Below, one piece after another: positions 24,801-39,194 of a DNA stretch of 64,000 bases (position 1 is its first letter; each line of letters starts with the position of its first letter). The notes under the pieces are model-generated. The model was not told where the DNA came from. It did not search any database and worked only from the letters and a program-made list of their open reading frames with translations. The DNA comes from Azolla caroliniana. Taxonomy: Eukaryota > Plantae > Polypodiophyta. The stretch spans positions 186,001-250,000 of the forward strand of contig JBHGNT010000017.1 of assembly GCA_043228905.1 (NCBI GenBank), given 5' to 3'. A program made the translations under genes and the position numbers.

Positions 24801-27625
24801 CATATTCCTCGGTTACGGTGACGATGAGGTCGGCTACCGAGTGTGGGACCCGGTCGACAAGAAGGGTATTCTGGAGTCGAGATATTATCTTCATGGAGAA
24901 CAAGACGCTCGCCGACTAGGAGTCGGAGAAGAAGATAATGAACTCCGAGTCGACCGGTAAGAATCGACTCTACGATGAGCAGACCCAACCGGCAAGAGAC
25001 CGGTTAGCACTCGAGGAACCAGCCGGTTACGGTGAGGATACCGAACAGGCTGAAGCAGAAGTAGAGGAAGCTAAAACCAGAACCGGCCAAGACCCCGAAT
25101 CGGATTCGGATGAAGAGCGGATGGATGTGCCGGTCACCGAAGCCCAGAGACGGAGATATCCTCTCAGAGAGAGAAGGGCCCCCCGGAGATTTCCGGATGC
25201 AGAGCATGTTCGGTTGACCGATGAGGGGGAACCGGAAAGCTTCGAAGAAGCGAAGGAAGACACCCACAGCCGAAAATGGTTAAGTGCCATGCAGGACGAG
25301 ATGGATTCCCTGCATGAGAACCATACGTACGAATTGGTGGAGTTGCCCAAAGGAAAGCGGGCACTCCGAAATAAGTGGGTGTACAAGTTGAAACCGGGAG
25401 ATGCCGGCAACCCCCCGAGATACAAAGCCAGGATCGTGGTGAAGGGGTTCCAGCAGAAGAAGGGCGTTGACTTCGACGAGATATTTGCCCCGGTAGTAAA
25501 GATGACCTCCATCCGGACGGTGCTGAGTATAGCAGCAAGCATGGACCTCAAGGTAGAGAGCAGCTGGACGTGAAGACGGCATTCCTTCACGGCGACCTCG
25601 AAGAGGAGATCTACATGCAGCAACGGGAAGGATTTGTGGAGAAAGGGAAGGAGCACCTGGTTTGCCGGCTGAAGAAGAGCCTCTACGGGTTGAAGTAGGC
25701 CCCCCGGCAATTGTACCGGAAGTTCAACTCCTTCATGACCGATCAAGGGTACCACAAGACATAGGCCGATCACTGTGTGTTTGTGAAGAAGTTCGAAGGA
25801 GGCGACTTCCTAATACTCCTTCTGTACGTGGATGACATGTTGATCGTCGGACGTGACCAAGTCAAAATACGGATGTTGAAGAAGGCTCTCAACCGGACCT
25901 TCTCAATGAAAGACTTGGGTCCGGCAAGACAGATGTTGGGGATGCACATCATTCGGGACCGGTTAAAGAAGCAATTATGGCTGTCACAGGAGAAGTACGT
26001 GACAAAGGTGCTTCACCGGTTCAACATGTCAGAAGCGAAACCGGTCGGATCGACACTTCCGGCAAACTGCAGGCTATCCGGTAAGCAAAGCCCGAAGACG
26101 AAAGCAGAGAAGGCGGATATGATGAAGATTCCATATGCCTCTGTCGTCAGGAGCTTGATGTACGCAATGGTGTGTATCCGACCGGATATAGGATACGCAG
26201 TCGGAGTGGTGAGCCGGTTCATGAGCAATCCCGGTAAGGAGCACTGGAACGCGGTCAAATGGATACTTCGGTATTTGAAGGGCACTTCAAATATGTGTCT
26301 CCGATTCGGCTCCGGAAAACCTCAACTTGATGGTTTTACCAATTCGGACATGTCGGCTGATGTGGATACCAGCCGGTCTACATCTGGGTATGTAATGACA
26401 TATGCAGGGGGAGCTGTTTCGTGGCAGTCGAAGCTGCAGAAGACGGTTGCATTGTCAACCACGGAGGCGGAGTACATGGCAGTTGTGGAAGCCGGCACGG
26501 AAATATTATGGATGAAGGACTTCATCAAAGAGCTCGGTATCCGGCAAGAGGAATGTCGACTCTATTGCGACAGTCAAAGTGCCATCCACCTTGCCAAGAA
26601 TGCGGCCTACCATTCCCGGACGAAGCATATCCAGCGGAGGTACCACTGGATCCGGGAAAGAGTAGATGACCAGGAGTTCGCACTGACGAAGATCCACACG
26701 GCTGAGAACGGGTAAGATATGCTGACCAAAGTGTTGATACCTGACAAGCTGGATGCATGCCGGAAGAGAATCGGACTGGTAAGACACCCCATGCCGGAGT
26801 GAAGGGGGAGTTTGTTGGGAGACAAGTCCCTCCGGATAGGAAGGGAGAAGAACAGTGCCGATGAACAAACTCGGCCGAGGCCGAAACCGGATGAGGAGGA
26901 CCCGGCTACGGAGAGCCGGATGATGCAGACCCGGTGAAGACCGGATGAGGAGTACCCGGCTACGGAGAGCCGGATGGCGCAGACCCGGTGAAGACCGGAT
27001 GAGGAGTACCCGGCTACGGAGAGCCGGATGGCGCACACCCGGTGAAGACCGGATGAGGAGTACCCGGCTACGGAGAGCCGGATGATGCAGAGTACTCGGC
27101 TACGGACAACCGGATGGCGCAGACCCGGTATGGACCGGATGAGGAGTACCCGGCTACGGAGAACCGGATGATGCAGACCCGGTGAGGAATGCTCTCCGGA
27201 TGAAGAGACATATTCGTAAATATGTTTCTGAAGAGCCCACCGTGGTTATATTTGTAAATAGCCGAAAAGTCATATTAGTATAAATATGACTTAGGGCAAT
27301 CTTTTAGTTGTTGTTGTCATTCTCGTTGTGTACAGAGAGAGAGTGAGAGAAAGAGGTCGTTGCCTCTGTTGTAACCGCCGCCTGTGGCGAAGATCGCGAG
27401 TACGAGGTCGTTGCCTCCGTGAACTCACTGTTGTACATACTAACCTAGTGATAGTTTGCAGCCTGTGGGCTACCGTGGTTTTTCCCCTAGTTTGGGGTTT
27501 TCCATGTAAACATCTCGCGCACTCTTCCCTTCTTCTTGTCGTGTTTTATTTCCCATTTTTCTGTGTATCATTCTAAGCTCGGTTGTGGCCGAGCGTTGCG
27601 CATTAGGAACGATCAGTTCCCTACA
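21888..27625 (+). mobile_element. Copia D (Tork/Tnt1-like), full length
   Basis: LTRs 21888-22722 and 26813-27625, TSD GGTGA, PBS 22725-22736, PPT GAAGGGGGAG. 54-bp tandem array in U3. Confidence 0.96.
22753..26802 (+). pseudogene. D gag-pol with frameshifts and stops
   Basis: 735-aa gag-PR-IN ORF, followed by frameshifts near 24865 and 25560 and stops in RT and RNaseH. Confidence 0.9.
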
Positions 27626-30600
27626 GGTGAAGATGTCGGCAACTTGCAGATCTATATGAACATACCGAAGTTCGACGTCACCGCTCAGGACACGCTCACG
27701 CACGAAGTGGTAGTGCACTTCTATGTGCTTTGTGCGAGCATGGAATACGAGGTTCTTGGCGAGTTGCATGCTCCTTATGTTGTCGTAGTAGATCAGGATC
27801 TGGGTCGGCACCTCGATGCGCAGGTCTTGCAGCAGTCATTGAAACCAAATGGCTTCACAGGTGGCAATCGTAGCACCCCGGTATTCAGCCTCAGTGCTCG
27901 AAAGGGCAATTGTTGGTTGCTTTTTGCTGCTCCACGCAACAGCCGCACTACCAAGGGAAAACATATAGCCGAAGTTGGATCGGCGATCCAATACATCGTC
28001 GGCCCAGTCGGCATCGGTGTAGCCGACTAGCTCTTCGGTTATACCATGCCGGTATAACAGTCCCCAATCCTTCATGTTGCTCACATATCGCAAAATTCGA
28101 TGCACGCACAGAAGGTGCTCCACGGTCGGCTTCTGCATATATTGATTGATCACGCCGACCGGATAACTGATGTCGAGTTAGGTGATTATCAAATATATAA
28201 AGCTTCCGACGATTTGTCAGAACCGCTTCTCATCGCAGGCCGGTCCGGAGTCGGGACAGAGTTTCTGGTTCCAGTCCAAGGGTGTGGAGATCGGTCGACA
28301 TTCCATCATGTTGAACTTGTACAGCATATTCAACACATAGTGTCTTTGTGAGAGCAATATGCCGTTGGGGGTTCGGATCACCTCGATCCCAAGGAAATAG
28401 TAAAGGTCCCCCAGGTCCTTCATCTCAAATGCGTCTGACAGTTGGGACTTGACTCGGCTGATTTCATCGAGTCTGGGTCCAGTGATGACTAGATCATCAA
28501 CATACAACAAGATGCAAAACGAACCGTCCAGACCTTGCCGGAAGAACAACGAAGAGTCGGACTTGGAGGCCGCAAACCCCATCCTATGCAACCGGTGCGT
28601 GATCTTCACATTCCAAGCTTGGGGGGCTTGCTTCAGGCCATAAAGTGACTTCTTCAACTAGCATATTGTTGGCTTCTTCATCTCCGACTGGAAACCGGGG
28701 GCTTGGATCATAAAGACCTCTTCTTCAAGATCGCCTTGTAGAAATGGATTCTTCACGTCCATCTGGTGAAGATGCCACCCCCTTGCCGCAGCAACCGCCA
28801 GCACCACACGAACCGTCGTCATCTTCGCTACCGAAGCGAAGGTCTCATCGTAGTCGATTCCGTGGGTCTGCGCGTATCCCTTCATCACTAAACAGGCCTT
28901 GTACTGGTTAACCGAACCTTCGGCATTGTACTTTATCTTGTACACCCACTTACATCCGATCGGTTTACAGTGTCGGGGAGGGTCAACTAGGTCCCATGTG
29001 TCGTTGGCATCAAGTGCCCGCATTTCTTCCTCCATAGTAGCACACCAATTTGCGTCCTTTGCTGCTTTTGCGTAGCTCTCCGGTTCACGCACTTCCGCCA
29101 CCTTGGTCATGTACTCATAATGATGCTCCATGTACTCATTGTACCCATACCGCATAACAGGGTTCTTCAGGCGGGAAGACCGGCGTAATTTGGTATTACC
29201 TGGTTTGGGGCCCTTCTTGGCCAGGTTAGACTTCGTTCCCGAAGATCCACCTTCATCCTTTCCGGAGTCGGATTCGCTCTGATCCGACTCAACGTTGCCG
29301 GTTTCGTATCCCGGCATCTTCTTCTTCCCCTTCTCTTTGCGTGTGAACCGTCTCCTCGGTTCCTTGCGCGGGGGGAACACGGCAGAGTCTCCACTACTCA
29401 CCGGTTCATCTTCTGGCTAGTCTGTCTGACCCAATCGCTTGTTCGGCCCGTTCAACCAAAACGATTCCGGAATCTTCTAACTGGACCGGTTCAGGCTCAT
29501 TAGCCTCATCCTCCGATGTCGGTCGGGCTCGGAAGTCGGAGCCGGTAAGGCATACCATGATGCCATCTCATCAAATTCAACATCTCGGCTAACTCAGACC
29601 TGCTTAGTCCGGGGGTTATAGCACTTATACCCCTTTTGCTCATGCGAGTAACCAACTAGGATGCATTTCTCCGACTTTGCATCCAACTTCCACCGCTTCT
29701 CATCCGGCACATGCACATATGCTATTCTACCGAATATCCGAAGGTGCCTCAAATTCGGCTTGCACCCAAAATACATCTTGTGTGCTGACACCTTGTCACC
29801 AATCGGACCGCCTCAGCCCAGTAGAAATGGGGCATGCTCTTCTCCTCAAGCATTGCCCTTGCCGCGTCAACAATCGACCGGTTCTTCATTTCGGCCACAC
29901 CATTTTGCTCTGGTGTGTATCTACAGTTGAACTCTCTCCGAATTCCTTTTTGTTACAAATAACTGTTGAATTGGCCGGAAAAGTATTCTTTCCCGCCATT
30001 CGACCGCAAGCACTAGATCTTCCTCTCCGTTTCCCGTTCAACCAAGCTTTGCAGGTTCCGGAAACACTCGAAGACTTCGCTCTTCCTCTCGATGAGGTAG
30101 ATCCACGTGTGCCGACTGTAGTCGTCGATGAAGGAGACGAAATATTGACTCCCGCCAAGACTAACGTTCTGTGTCGTTCCCCATACATCCGAATGAATAA
30201 GGTCGAGCTTGTTACGGCTACAGTTTCGTTCGGTGGGGAATGGAAGCCGGTGTTGCTTCCCGAGTTGGCGGGCTTCATATATTTGGACCTTCCGGCCACT
30301 GAACTTCGACAAACCGAAAACAACTTGTTTCGTTTGCAGGTCTTGAAGCCTTCGGTAATTGACATGGCCGATCCGCTTGTGCCAGAGATCAATATCTGAT
30401 TCAATCTTCTGTCCTTTGGCGAACAAAGCAGTGCCGACGTCATTGGTGTCGAGGATGAACATCCTCCCATCTCTGTGCCCTTGCGCAATAATCTGGCCCT
30501 CTTCCTTGATGAAACACCCAAGGTGCGTAAACCGCACCTACATACCCTGGTCAACGATCTAACCGACTGACACCAGGTTCTTTGTGATAGTCGGAACATG

Positions 30601-31893
30601 TAATACATTCATCATCTTCCCCCTCTGTCCGACGTGGCTCAAAGGAACTTCTTCGACATGCACGATTGGGTGAGGAGTGTCGTCTCCGGTTTCGACGACT
30701 CCTGGTTGTTCCGGTTTCTCGAAGAAGGAGAACCACTCTTTGTGGCTCGTCATGTGATTTGACGTACCGGAATCAACGTACCACACTTCCTCCAATTTGG
30801 AAGTGGTCTTCTTGATCGAGTTACCCTCGTGTTTCATCACCAAGGCTGGCCCTTTACCGGCGTCTCCGGTTTTGGATCCTCCCGATCCTTCTGCGTAGTG
30901 CGAGTATTGTCAGTTCTCTTTGCTGACCTTGCCGGACCCGGATCTGTCCGAATCGGCGCGCTTCTTCTAGCACTCGCTTTCTCTGTGGCCCTTTTTACCA
31001 CAGTACCAGCATTCCGTGTCTGCCTTTGCTTGCCGACCTCCGGCGCCGCCTTGACTCCCCCTGCTTGTGGAGGGTCCGGAACTACTATCGGCACGTTCTC
31101 TGTGCCTTCGGTCCTGCTCTTGCCGGCTGCTACCATTGCGAGCTGACCAGCCTCGTCCACCACGCCCATGGGGCCGATCGGCCTTCGTGTACAGCATCCG
31201 GCTGTCGGTGGGTGCACTTGTTGACGCATCGGCATGGTTCTCCCTTGTACATACCACCATTCGGAACGCTCTAAACTTAGAAGCTAGGCCCCCAAGACAA
31301 ATCTGCACCATCTCATCTTCCTCTACGGTGATGTTGATAGAGGCAAGTGAGTCATAGATCTCTTTGATTCGGCCGTGTAATTGGCTACCGACATGTCCTT
31401 CTGTCGGACATTGCTCAACTCCTATCGGAGTTGCAACTTCCAGGCCATAGTGCTTGCCGCGAAAACCTTCTTCAGGTTTCCCCAAGCTTCTTTTGGTGTC
31501 TTCGCATCTCGGACATGGCTCGGCAGCTGGTCTCTGACACTGGACACAATGCAATACATCACCCTGCTTGCCACTTGTTCCCACACTGGGAAGTTCTTGT
31601 GTGTCGCATCAGGTGTTGTGTCGTTAGCTCCGTTGACATAGCTCCAGTAACCATGCACAAGCAGGTACTGGTGCATCTTGTATGACCAAGATGCGTAGTT
31701 GGATCTATCGAGCTTCTCCACCGGGAGCGAGCTGGCCATTCCTCTGTCCATCACTTCTCTTTTTGTTCTTACCAGGACTTAGGGTTTGTCTTCAGATACT
31801 GATGTCGGCTGCAGAGGTTCTCAACCCTTGCGCTCTAATACCATGTGAAAACGAAGGTGCGGAAGCTTTAGACAACCGGCTTAGCCGGATAGC

Positions 31894-31930
<37 letters not shown>

Positions 31931-34005
31931 ATACGCAGGAGAGACAGAGAAAGAGCAGAACAATTTAAATCTATTATCAAAAAACAATAATAGTTCTCTC
32001 TAAAATTCTTTGTATATACAACGTGCTCAACAGCACTATTTATACAAGTCCTAAGAGGACTGACAGAAGTACAATGTACTTCAATGCTCACACGAGCGTC
32101 TGACACTAACTACGAGACATTAACTACCTAGTAGTCTTGGTTGCTACTAGGCTTCCGATTACTACTTGATCCGGCTAACCAGCTTCCCAGCTCAACGGCT
32201 CACAGATCCGGCTCAAGCGGGCCATTACGGACGCTCCTCAAGCGGAGGACCCCGGACTTATGGCGGATAGCGGAGCGTGCATTCAGCCAAGTGAAGGGCC
32301 AACAACGAAGTACGCATACTACGGAATCGCGGCAATCGACCTATTGTCGGGTCGAACGAGCCTACGGAGAGGCGAGCGCGAGGAAGAACCGGAGCCGATG
32401 GTTCTAACTGGCAACGACCGACGCGGCAAGCCGGGATGTGGGTGGCAAAGACCGGTTTCTCACCGGCTGGAATTCTTCCCCTTTTCTCCGAAGTTGGCAC
32501 GTACTAGTGGACGTGCGGTTTGGTGGGGGCGGATGTCGTGAAGTTTCCAGCACATAGTGAGAAACCAAAAGATGTTAGGTAATTCTGCGGGGTGCAACAT
32601 ATGCACCCACCCTTGTATAAATGTAGCATAGGAGTTAGGGGTGCCTTTATCGTGCCGAATGGCAATAATTACGGGACAGAGAATCCCATGTATCGTGGGT
32701 TTATCCCACATTCCACGCGACCATCACCTTGTTCTATAAAAGGGAGGGCGCGCCCTTTGTATAGGGGTTCCCAAATTTCCTTTGTTTGGGGTCCCATTTT
32801 GTTCTCTGTAATACAACATAACGTTTTCTGTTTCTACCTCTGTGTCGTCTTGCTCTCTCTTCTCTGTCTCTGCTAAGGTCTCGTGTGCTCTCGTTGAGGG
32901 TCTTCTGTGTATGTTCAGTTTCGTCTTGGTCTCACTCTGTTTTTGTTAGGGTTCCGTCGAGGCACTTTCTTTGTGCTCTTCGATTTTTGTTAGGTCTCGC
33001 TTGTGTGTGTGAGAGGGCGTGCGCGCTCAAGTGCGGCAGATAGAGCGTGGGCTGCCTTCGCCGCTTCTTGGTCTCTGTCAATCCTGATGTGCCATGCACT
33101 AAGCGGATCGACCGAAGGTTCCCTCCTTGGCGCCCAAGTCCCAACTCAGGTTGGCGAGCATGTGCGCTCCCGACAGGCGGCTTGGCGACAAGAGGCGGTT
33201 GTTCAAGGAAGGGGCGTGTCCTGCACGAGGATCTCGTCGCGCGACAGAGCCCGAGCACTCCCCGACCGGTCGTGGGATGCAGGCTCCCTCTTCCTCTCTG
33301 TGCGGAACCGGCGTCGTGTGCGTAGGCATAGGTGTGTTTCTAGGTAGCTTAGGGTGCATGTGCGTGAGGCTGAGTTCTAACTGGTGCCGAAGAGCCGGTC
33401 AAAACCGGGTGTATATGTGTGCGTGGGTGCGTATGGGCGCAGTTAACCGGGTCGTGACCCATGCCTGTTTTGGGCCCTTGTACATACGAACCAAAGGGCA
33501 ATGAAGATGAGCGCGCGTCTTCTCACTCTGCGGACGGTTATCGGTCGCAACCGAGAAGAAATCGGCAATGCGGCAAGATCCCAAGGACTCGAGCCTCCGA
33601 CAGTCTCCTCTCTCATGGTCCATGATATTAGAGATCTAAGTACTAAAGTAAGCTTAAGATAAGGATAAACAAATGATAGATAGAAAGGAGAAAGAGAAAG
33701 AAGGGTGTCGATCCACCCGACCACCCCCGAGCGAAGGGATCGAGACAGACTCGAGCCTCGATCGGCGTCCCATACCACCGTCGTGGCGTCGAGTCGTACC
33801 TGGTGCTGGTGCGCTCGCTACAAGAGTTGACCCACCACAAGAGCAGAGTCTCGATGTAGTCAAAAGATGATCAAATGAGGGTAGTTAGGCCTCTTATTTA
33901 TAGCGATACCCAAGGCCCCCAGGCAAGTTCACACTTGACCTAATGGGTTGTCTCAATCCCGAGGATTAAAAGTAATCCTCCCCTTCTTTACACTCTCGTT
34001 TAACC

Positions 34006-34725
34006 TGACGGGAACTCAACGCTCCTTATGCACAACTGAGTTTAGAATGATACACAGAAAAACGGGAAATAAAACACGACACAAAGAGGAGGAAGATACA
34101 CAGGAGGTTTACGTGGAAAAACCCCAAACTAGGGGAAAAACCACGGCAGCCCACAGGCTGCAAACTGTCACTATGTAAGAATGTACAACAGTGAGTTCAC
34201 TGAGGCAACGACCTCGTGCTCACAGATCTTCGCCACAGGCGGCGGTTACAACCGAGGCAACAACCTCTTTCTCTCTCTCTCTCTCTCTGTACACAGTTAC
34301 GCGCTCTCACTATTCTTTTACCAACAAGAATGACAACAACAACTAAAGTTTGCCCTAAGTCATATTTATACTAATATGACTTTTCGGCTATTTACAAATA
34401 TAGCCTCGATGGACTCTCAGAAACATATTCACCAATATGTCTCCTCATCCGGTTCATACCGGGTCTGCACCATCCGGCTCTCCGTAGCCGGGTACTCCTC
34501 ATCCGGTTCATACCGGGTCTGCACCATCCGGCTCTCCGTAGCCGGGTACTCCTCATCCGGTTCATACCGGGTCTGTATCATCCGGCTCTCCGTAGCCGGG
34601 TACTCCTCATCCGGTCTTCACCGGGTCTACACCATCCGGCTCTCCGTAGTCGGGTCCTCCTCATACGGTTTGTTCATCGGCACTGTTCTTATCCCTTCCC
34701 ATCCGGAGGGACCTGTCTCCCAACA
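34006..34725 (-). mobile_element. Solo LTR of the Copia D family inside the G3 3' LTR
   Basis: TGTTGGGAGACAGG start on minus, 54-bp U3 array, TSD TAACC (34001-34005, 34726-34730). Confidence 0.92.
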
Positions 34726-34799
34726 TAACCCTCACACTTATCCATGTGTATAGAATACTACGGTAAATTCTCACCATGGGATATTAATTGGTCATGCTC

Positions 34800-37700
34800 T
34801 TTAAAACATTGCACTCTCGCAATGGAAAGTTAGGGAAATTAGTTCTGAGAGTATTTTCGCGTTCCCATGTGGCATCTTTTATTGATTTATCCATCCATTT
34901 TATTTTAAATTCTCGGATTTCTTTAGTACATAATTTTTTGTTTTAACATCGAGAATTCTTTCTGGTACATGTGGTTTAGAAGATAATTCTTCAGAAGTAA
35001 CCAGAGTTTCAGTTGTAACTGTATTGTCGCCAGAACCTAGAAGTTCTTTTAGACGACTCACATGAAAGACTGGATGAATTCCGACACCATCAGGAAGAGC
35101 GAGACGATAGGCTGATGACCCAATGCGTTTGAGGACTGTAAAAGGTCCACAAAACCGTGGGGCTAACTTAGCGCACTTACCCGTAGACAATGTCTTAGAA
35201 TTGTGAGGTACACGTAAAAATACCTTCTGTCCAGGGTTGAATACACGAGGTTGCCTATGATGATCGGCATAAAAACGCGCTCTATCTTCAGCTGTTTTTA
35301 TATTATCTCGTGCAATATGCAACATATCTTGCATATCCCGAAGAAAGTTTTGCGTACTTCGCAACTCATCATGATGTATATTAACATCAATCGGGGCTCG
35401 TGGCTAAAAACCATACATCAACATAAAAGGACTATATCCCGTCGACGTATGCTTGGAGCTATTATAAGCAAACTCCAAAATTGGGAGATAACGTTCCCAT
35501 TTTGTTGGTTTTGCACCAACGTATGCTCGAAGCATGTCCTCAATAATTTGATTTACTCGTTCTGTCTGTCCATCGGATTGAGGATGATCCGTGGAGCTCA
35601 TGCTCAACGTAGTTTCTAACTTCTTAAAGACTTGCGTCCAGAAGTCACTAGTAAACTTTGGATCTCGATCACTCACGATATCCATCGGTAACCCATAAAA
35701 ACGAAACAATTCGTCAACGAATTGGTAAGCCAATTCAGGAGCTGTTACCGTGGTTTTAGTAGCAATAAATCTGGCCATTTTAGTTAGTCGATCAACGACA
35801 ACCCAGATGGCATCATGACCTTTTTGGGTGCGAGGAAGGCTAACAATAAAATCCATGGATATACTTTCCCACTTATTATTGGGAATGTCCAAGGGATGTA
35901 AAAGTCCTGCGGCTTTAAGTCGCTCGGCTTTGTTAACCTGACACTGGTGACATTTTGTCACATAGCTATGTATGTCAGGACGCATCTTAGGCCAATAAAA
36001 TTGAGTGGAGATGAGAACGAGTGTACGATGTATTCCAGGGTGCCCTATTGAGGGTGCATCATGGCATTCAAAAAGAATCCTCTTTTTGACCTCAAGTAAA
36101 CCTTCCCATTACGGTAGAGCAAACCGTTAGCAATGTGGAAGTATTCCTTCGAGGATGTGGTGGTGTCTATTCCAGACTCAACTCTTGCCCACTATTTTGC
36201 AAAATAACTGTCATCAGGATACTTTCCTCGAAGGTGATCATAAAGATCTAATGTTATTTCAGTGAAGCTAAGCATGTTAACTTCACGGATGCAATTTAGT
36301 ACATCAGCGACAGTGTTCATGGAACCTTTACGATATCGTATGGAAAAATCAAAGTCCTGGATGAGATCAGCCCATCGTGCCTTACGACCTTTCAGGTCTT
36401 GTTGGTCACAAAAATATTTCAAGGACTCGTGGTCCGTAGTTACCACAAAGTGATTTCCATAAAGATAATGGCGCCATGTTTTGAGCGCATGTATAACTGC
36501 AAATAATTCCTTTTCTTGAACGGTATACCGACATTGAGCAAAATCAAGTTTCTTACTCTCAAATGCTATTGGTTTACCATCTTGATACAAGATAGCACCT
36601 ATAGCATAATCGCTTGCATCGGTTTCAACCTCAAAAGGTTTTGAATGATCAGGTAAAAGAAGTGAAGGAGCCTTGCAAACCAGGTCCTTGAGTTCCTTAA
36701 AGGCGAGGTCTAGTGTAGCATTCCACACAATAGGTTTTGTAGACTTACGCGTTTGACCTTTTAAAAGATCAATAAACGGCGTCGTCAATTGGGAGTAATT
36801 ACGAAGAGACTTTCGCAAAAACCCGACAAAACCAAGGAATGATCGAACTTCTCGAATATTCCGAAGAGTGGGCCAAAGCTTGATTTTCTCAATGCGAGAA
36901 GGATCAATTTCAACTCCTCGTTCAGTTATGAGATGTCCTAGATAAGTAATTGATTTCTTGAAGAACTCACATTTTGAGATCTTTGCATAAAACTGTTTGT
37001 CACGCAATGTTTGTAAAACAAAGCAGACATGTCTAGCATGTTCTTGTAATGTACGGCTATAAACTAAAATATCATCCAAGAAAATAACGACAAATTTTCC
37101 AAGTTGTTCTCGGTAAATGTCATTCATTTCTTGTTGGAAAGTAGTCGGAGCATTGGTCAAACCAAAAGGCATAACCAAAAACTCGTAATGGCCATAGCGC
37201 GTACGAAATGCCGTTTTAGGAACATCGTCCTCACTTATTCGTATTTGATGGTAGCCAGTACGGAGATCAAGTTTCGTAAAATACCGAGCTCCTTGGAGAC
37301 GGTCAATTAGATCGTCAGCCCGGGGCAATGGGTACGAATTCTTGATCGTCACTTTATTCAAGCGTCGGTAATTAATACACATACGCCATGTGCCCTCTTT
37401 CTTTTTAACCAAGAGAACTGGTGCACCCCATGGAGATTTACTATAACATATATAACCCATTCGTAAATAGTCCTTGAGTTGCTTAGATACCTCATCTTCT
37501 TCGGATCGACTTAAGCGATACGGAGGTATACTTATTGGTGCAACACCAGGTACAATATCTATACGATGGTCTATATTACGTTTAGGAGGTAACCCATCAG
37601 GTAGTTCACTTGGAAAAACATCATGAAAATCATTTAAGATTTCATCAAGTTGTTGTTGTTCAAAATATGTTAATTGAACCGGGACATTATCGATATTGTA

Positions 37701-38237
37701 AATGTGAATGTCCGGATCAAGTACACAATAAAATAATGTAGAACAAGACAACTCGGATATTGATGGACACGAGGAAACAATCGAGAGGGATTGTTTTTTT
37801 ACACATTGAATAAAATGCGTACAATCATTCAGTACAAAAGAAATGGAATGACGAACCCAATCAATAAATAAAGAAGAGTTTTTATTATAAAACCAGGGAT
37901 AACCCAGTATTACATCGGTGGTACAAAGATTCATTACATGGAAGTCTACTTCCTCTATATAAGTATCAATAGAAATTCCTAATGAATGAATCGCCCCGTT
38001 GATGTATTGTACTCTTCCATCAGCCAAGTGCACCGTGTAGGTGTGATCACTTACGGTGGGTTGAATTCCCCATATCTGAACCAAACGATCATTCACAAAA
38101 TTGTGTGAGCTTCCCCAATCAAATAAAAATTGTACGGGAGATCCATTGATATACCCGTTTGCACGTAGTAAATCATTGGGACCCAATACATAGTGAGGGA
38201 AAGAACATTGACAATTACTTAAATGATGTGTATAGAC
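34800..38237 (-). pseudogene. G3 pol (PR-RT-RH-IN-chromodomain), disrupted
   Basis: ORFs 36192-38186, 35404-35985 and 34900-35364. The protease motif reads DWG. Several stops and frameshifts. Confidence 0.88.
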
Positions 38238-39194
38238 CTAAAGGACATTAGGAATCTGACCTTTATGGTCTGCAGCTTTAGCTTTGTTGTCGTGCTCTTT
38301 CCGTTGGAGCTTTCGACATGGATCTTTTGTATGACCCTTCTTTTTGCAGAATACGCAAAAAGGATGTTGTCGCTTACAATTGCGATCCAGGAATTCGTTG
38401 GGTGTCTTGCGTTTCCCAACAAATTGCGACTGCTTAGTCCCGGGCGCTTCGTTGGGTTTGTTGTGGTCCTTCTTCGAAGTGCGCTGATAGCGAAGAACTA
38501 TTTCAACGGCCTCTTCGAAGGATTTTGGATCCTTATCGTGCACTATCCAATGATAGTCTGAATTGGGGATGCCATTGACAAAACAAGCTATCAACCAATT
38601 GTCCCCTTCTAGACCCGATTTTTGGATTTGGGTTCTAGCATGGTGAACATAATCTTCTAGAGAGGAAAATTTCCTGCTAGAGAGGTTCATTAAAGCTTGT
38701 GCTGCCTCGGTTCGAGAGGGAGGTTGCAGAAATTGACCCTTAAAATCCGTGACAAAATCAGTCCAGGTATCGGGCAATTTCCCCATAGTACGGAGCCCAC
38801 GCCACCAGGCGGCAGCCTTACCCCCGAGTTCTCGGCCGACATATGCAATCTTCGTACTATCTAGCGTGGGATAGAGCTCAAAATGAGACTCCCATCGTCC
38901 CAGCCATGTGCAGATTGCCTCTTCGGTTCTTTCCTTTTTGTCTCTCGTAAATGGCTTAACGACAAATGATGGTTCACCTTCTCGCTCATCAGGTCTATTA
39001 GTCTCACGTTGTAGACTAATGACACGTGCCTCAAGAGCACTCTGAGATTGCCGAAGTTCGGTCATCTGTTGAGCGGTGAAATTAAGGTATTGGGTTATTT
39101 GTGCCAAATACATCTCAGTGGACATTTGTCCAGGAGGATTCCCTTGAGTTCCTTCCGCTTGAGCGGATGACATCGGGTCGTTAATTTGAGCCAT
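38238..39194 (-). CDS. G3 Gag
   Basis: 318-aa ORF with AAAWW capsid motif and CVFCKKKGHTKDPC knuckle. Confidence 0.82.
   Translation of the reverse strand: MAQINDPMSSAQAEGTQGNPPGQMSTEMYLAQITQYLNFTAQQMTELRQSQSALEARVISLQRETNRPDEREGEPSFVVKPFTRDKKERTEEAICTWLGRWESHFELYPTLDSTKIAYVGRELGGKAAAWWRGLRTMGKLPDTWTDFVTDFKGQFLQPPSRTEAAQALMNLSSRKFSSLEDYVHHARTQIQKSGLEGDNWLIACFVNGIPNSDYHWIVHDKDPKSFEEAVEIVLRYQRTSKKDHNKPNEAPGTKQSQFVGKRKTPNEFLDRNCKRQHPFCVFCKKKGHTKDPCRKLQRKEHDNKAKAADHKGQIPNVL

Larger units (their letters stand above)
21766..31754 (-). pseudogene. Copia C gag-pol, decayed and interrupted by D
   Basis: Fragments [71 protein letters not shown]. Confidence 0.88.

Noticed and set aside
38187-38240. 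Stop-codon readthrough between G3 gag and pol (single in-frame TAG)
   Set aside because: There is no CARYYA-type context and the element has other C-to-T stops, so a CAG-to-TAG mutation is simpler. A family consensus would settle it.
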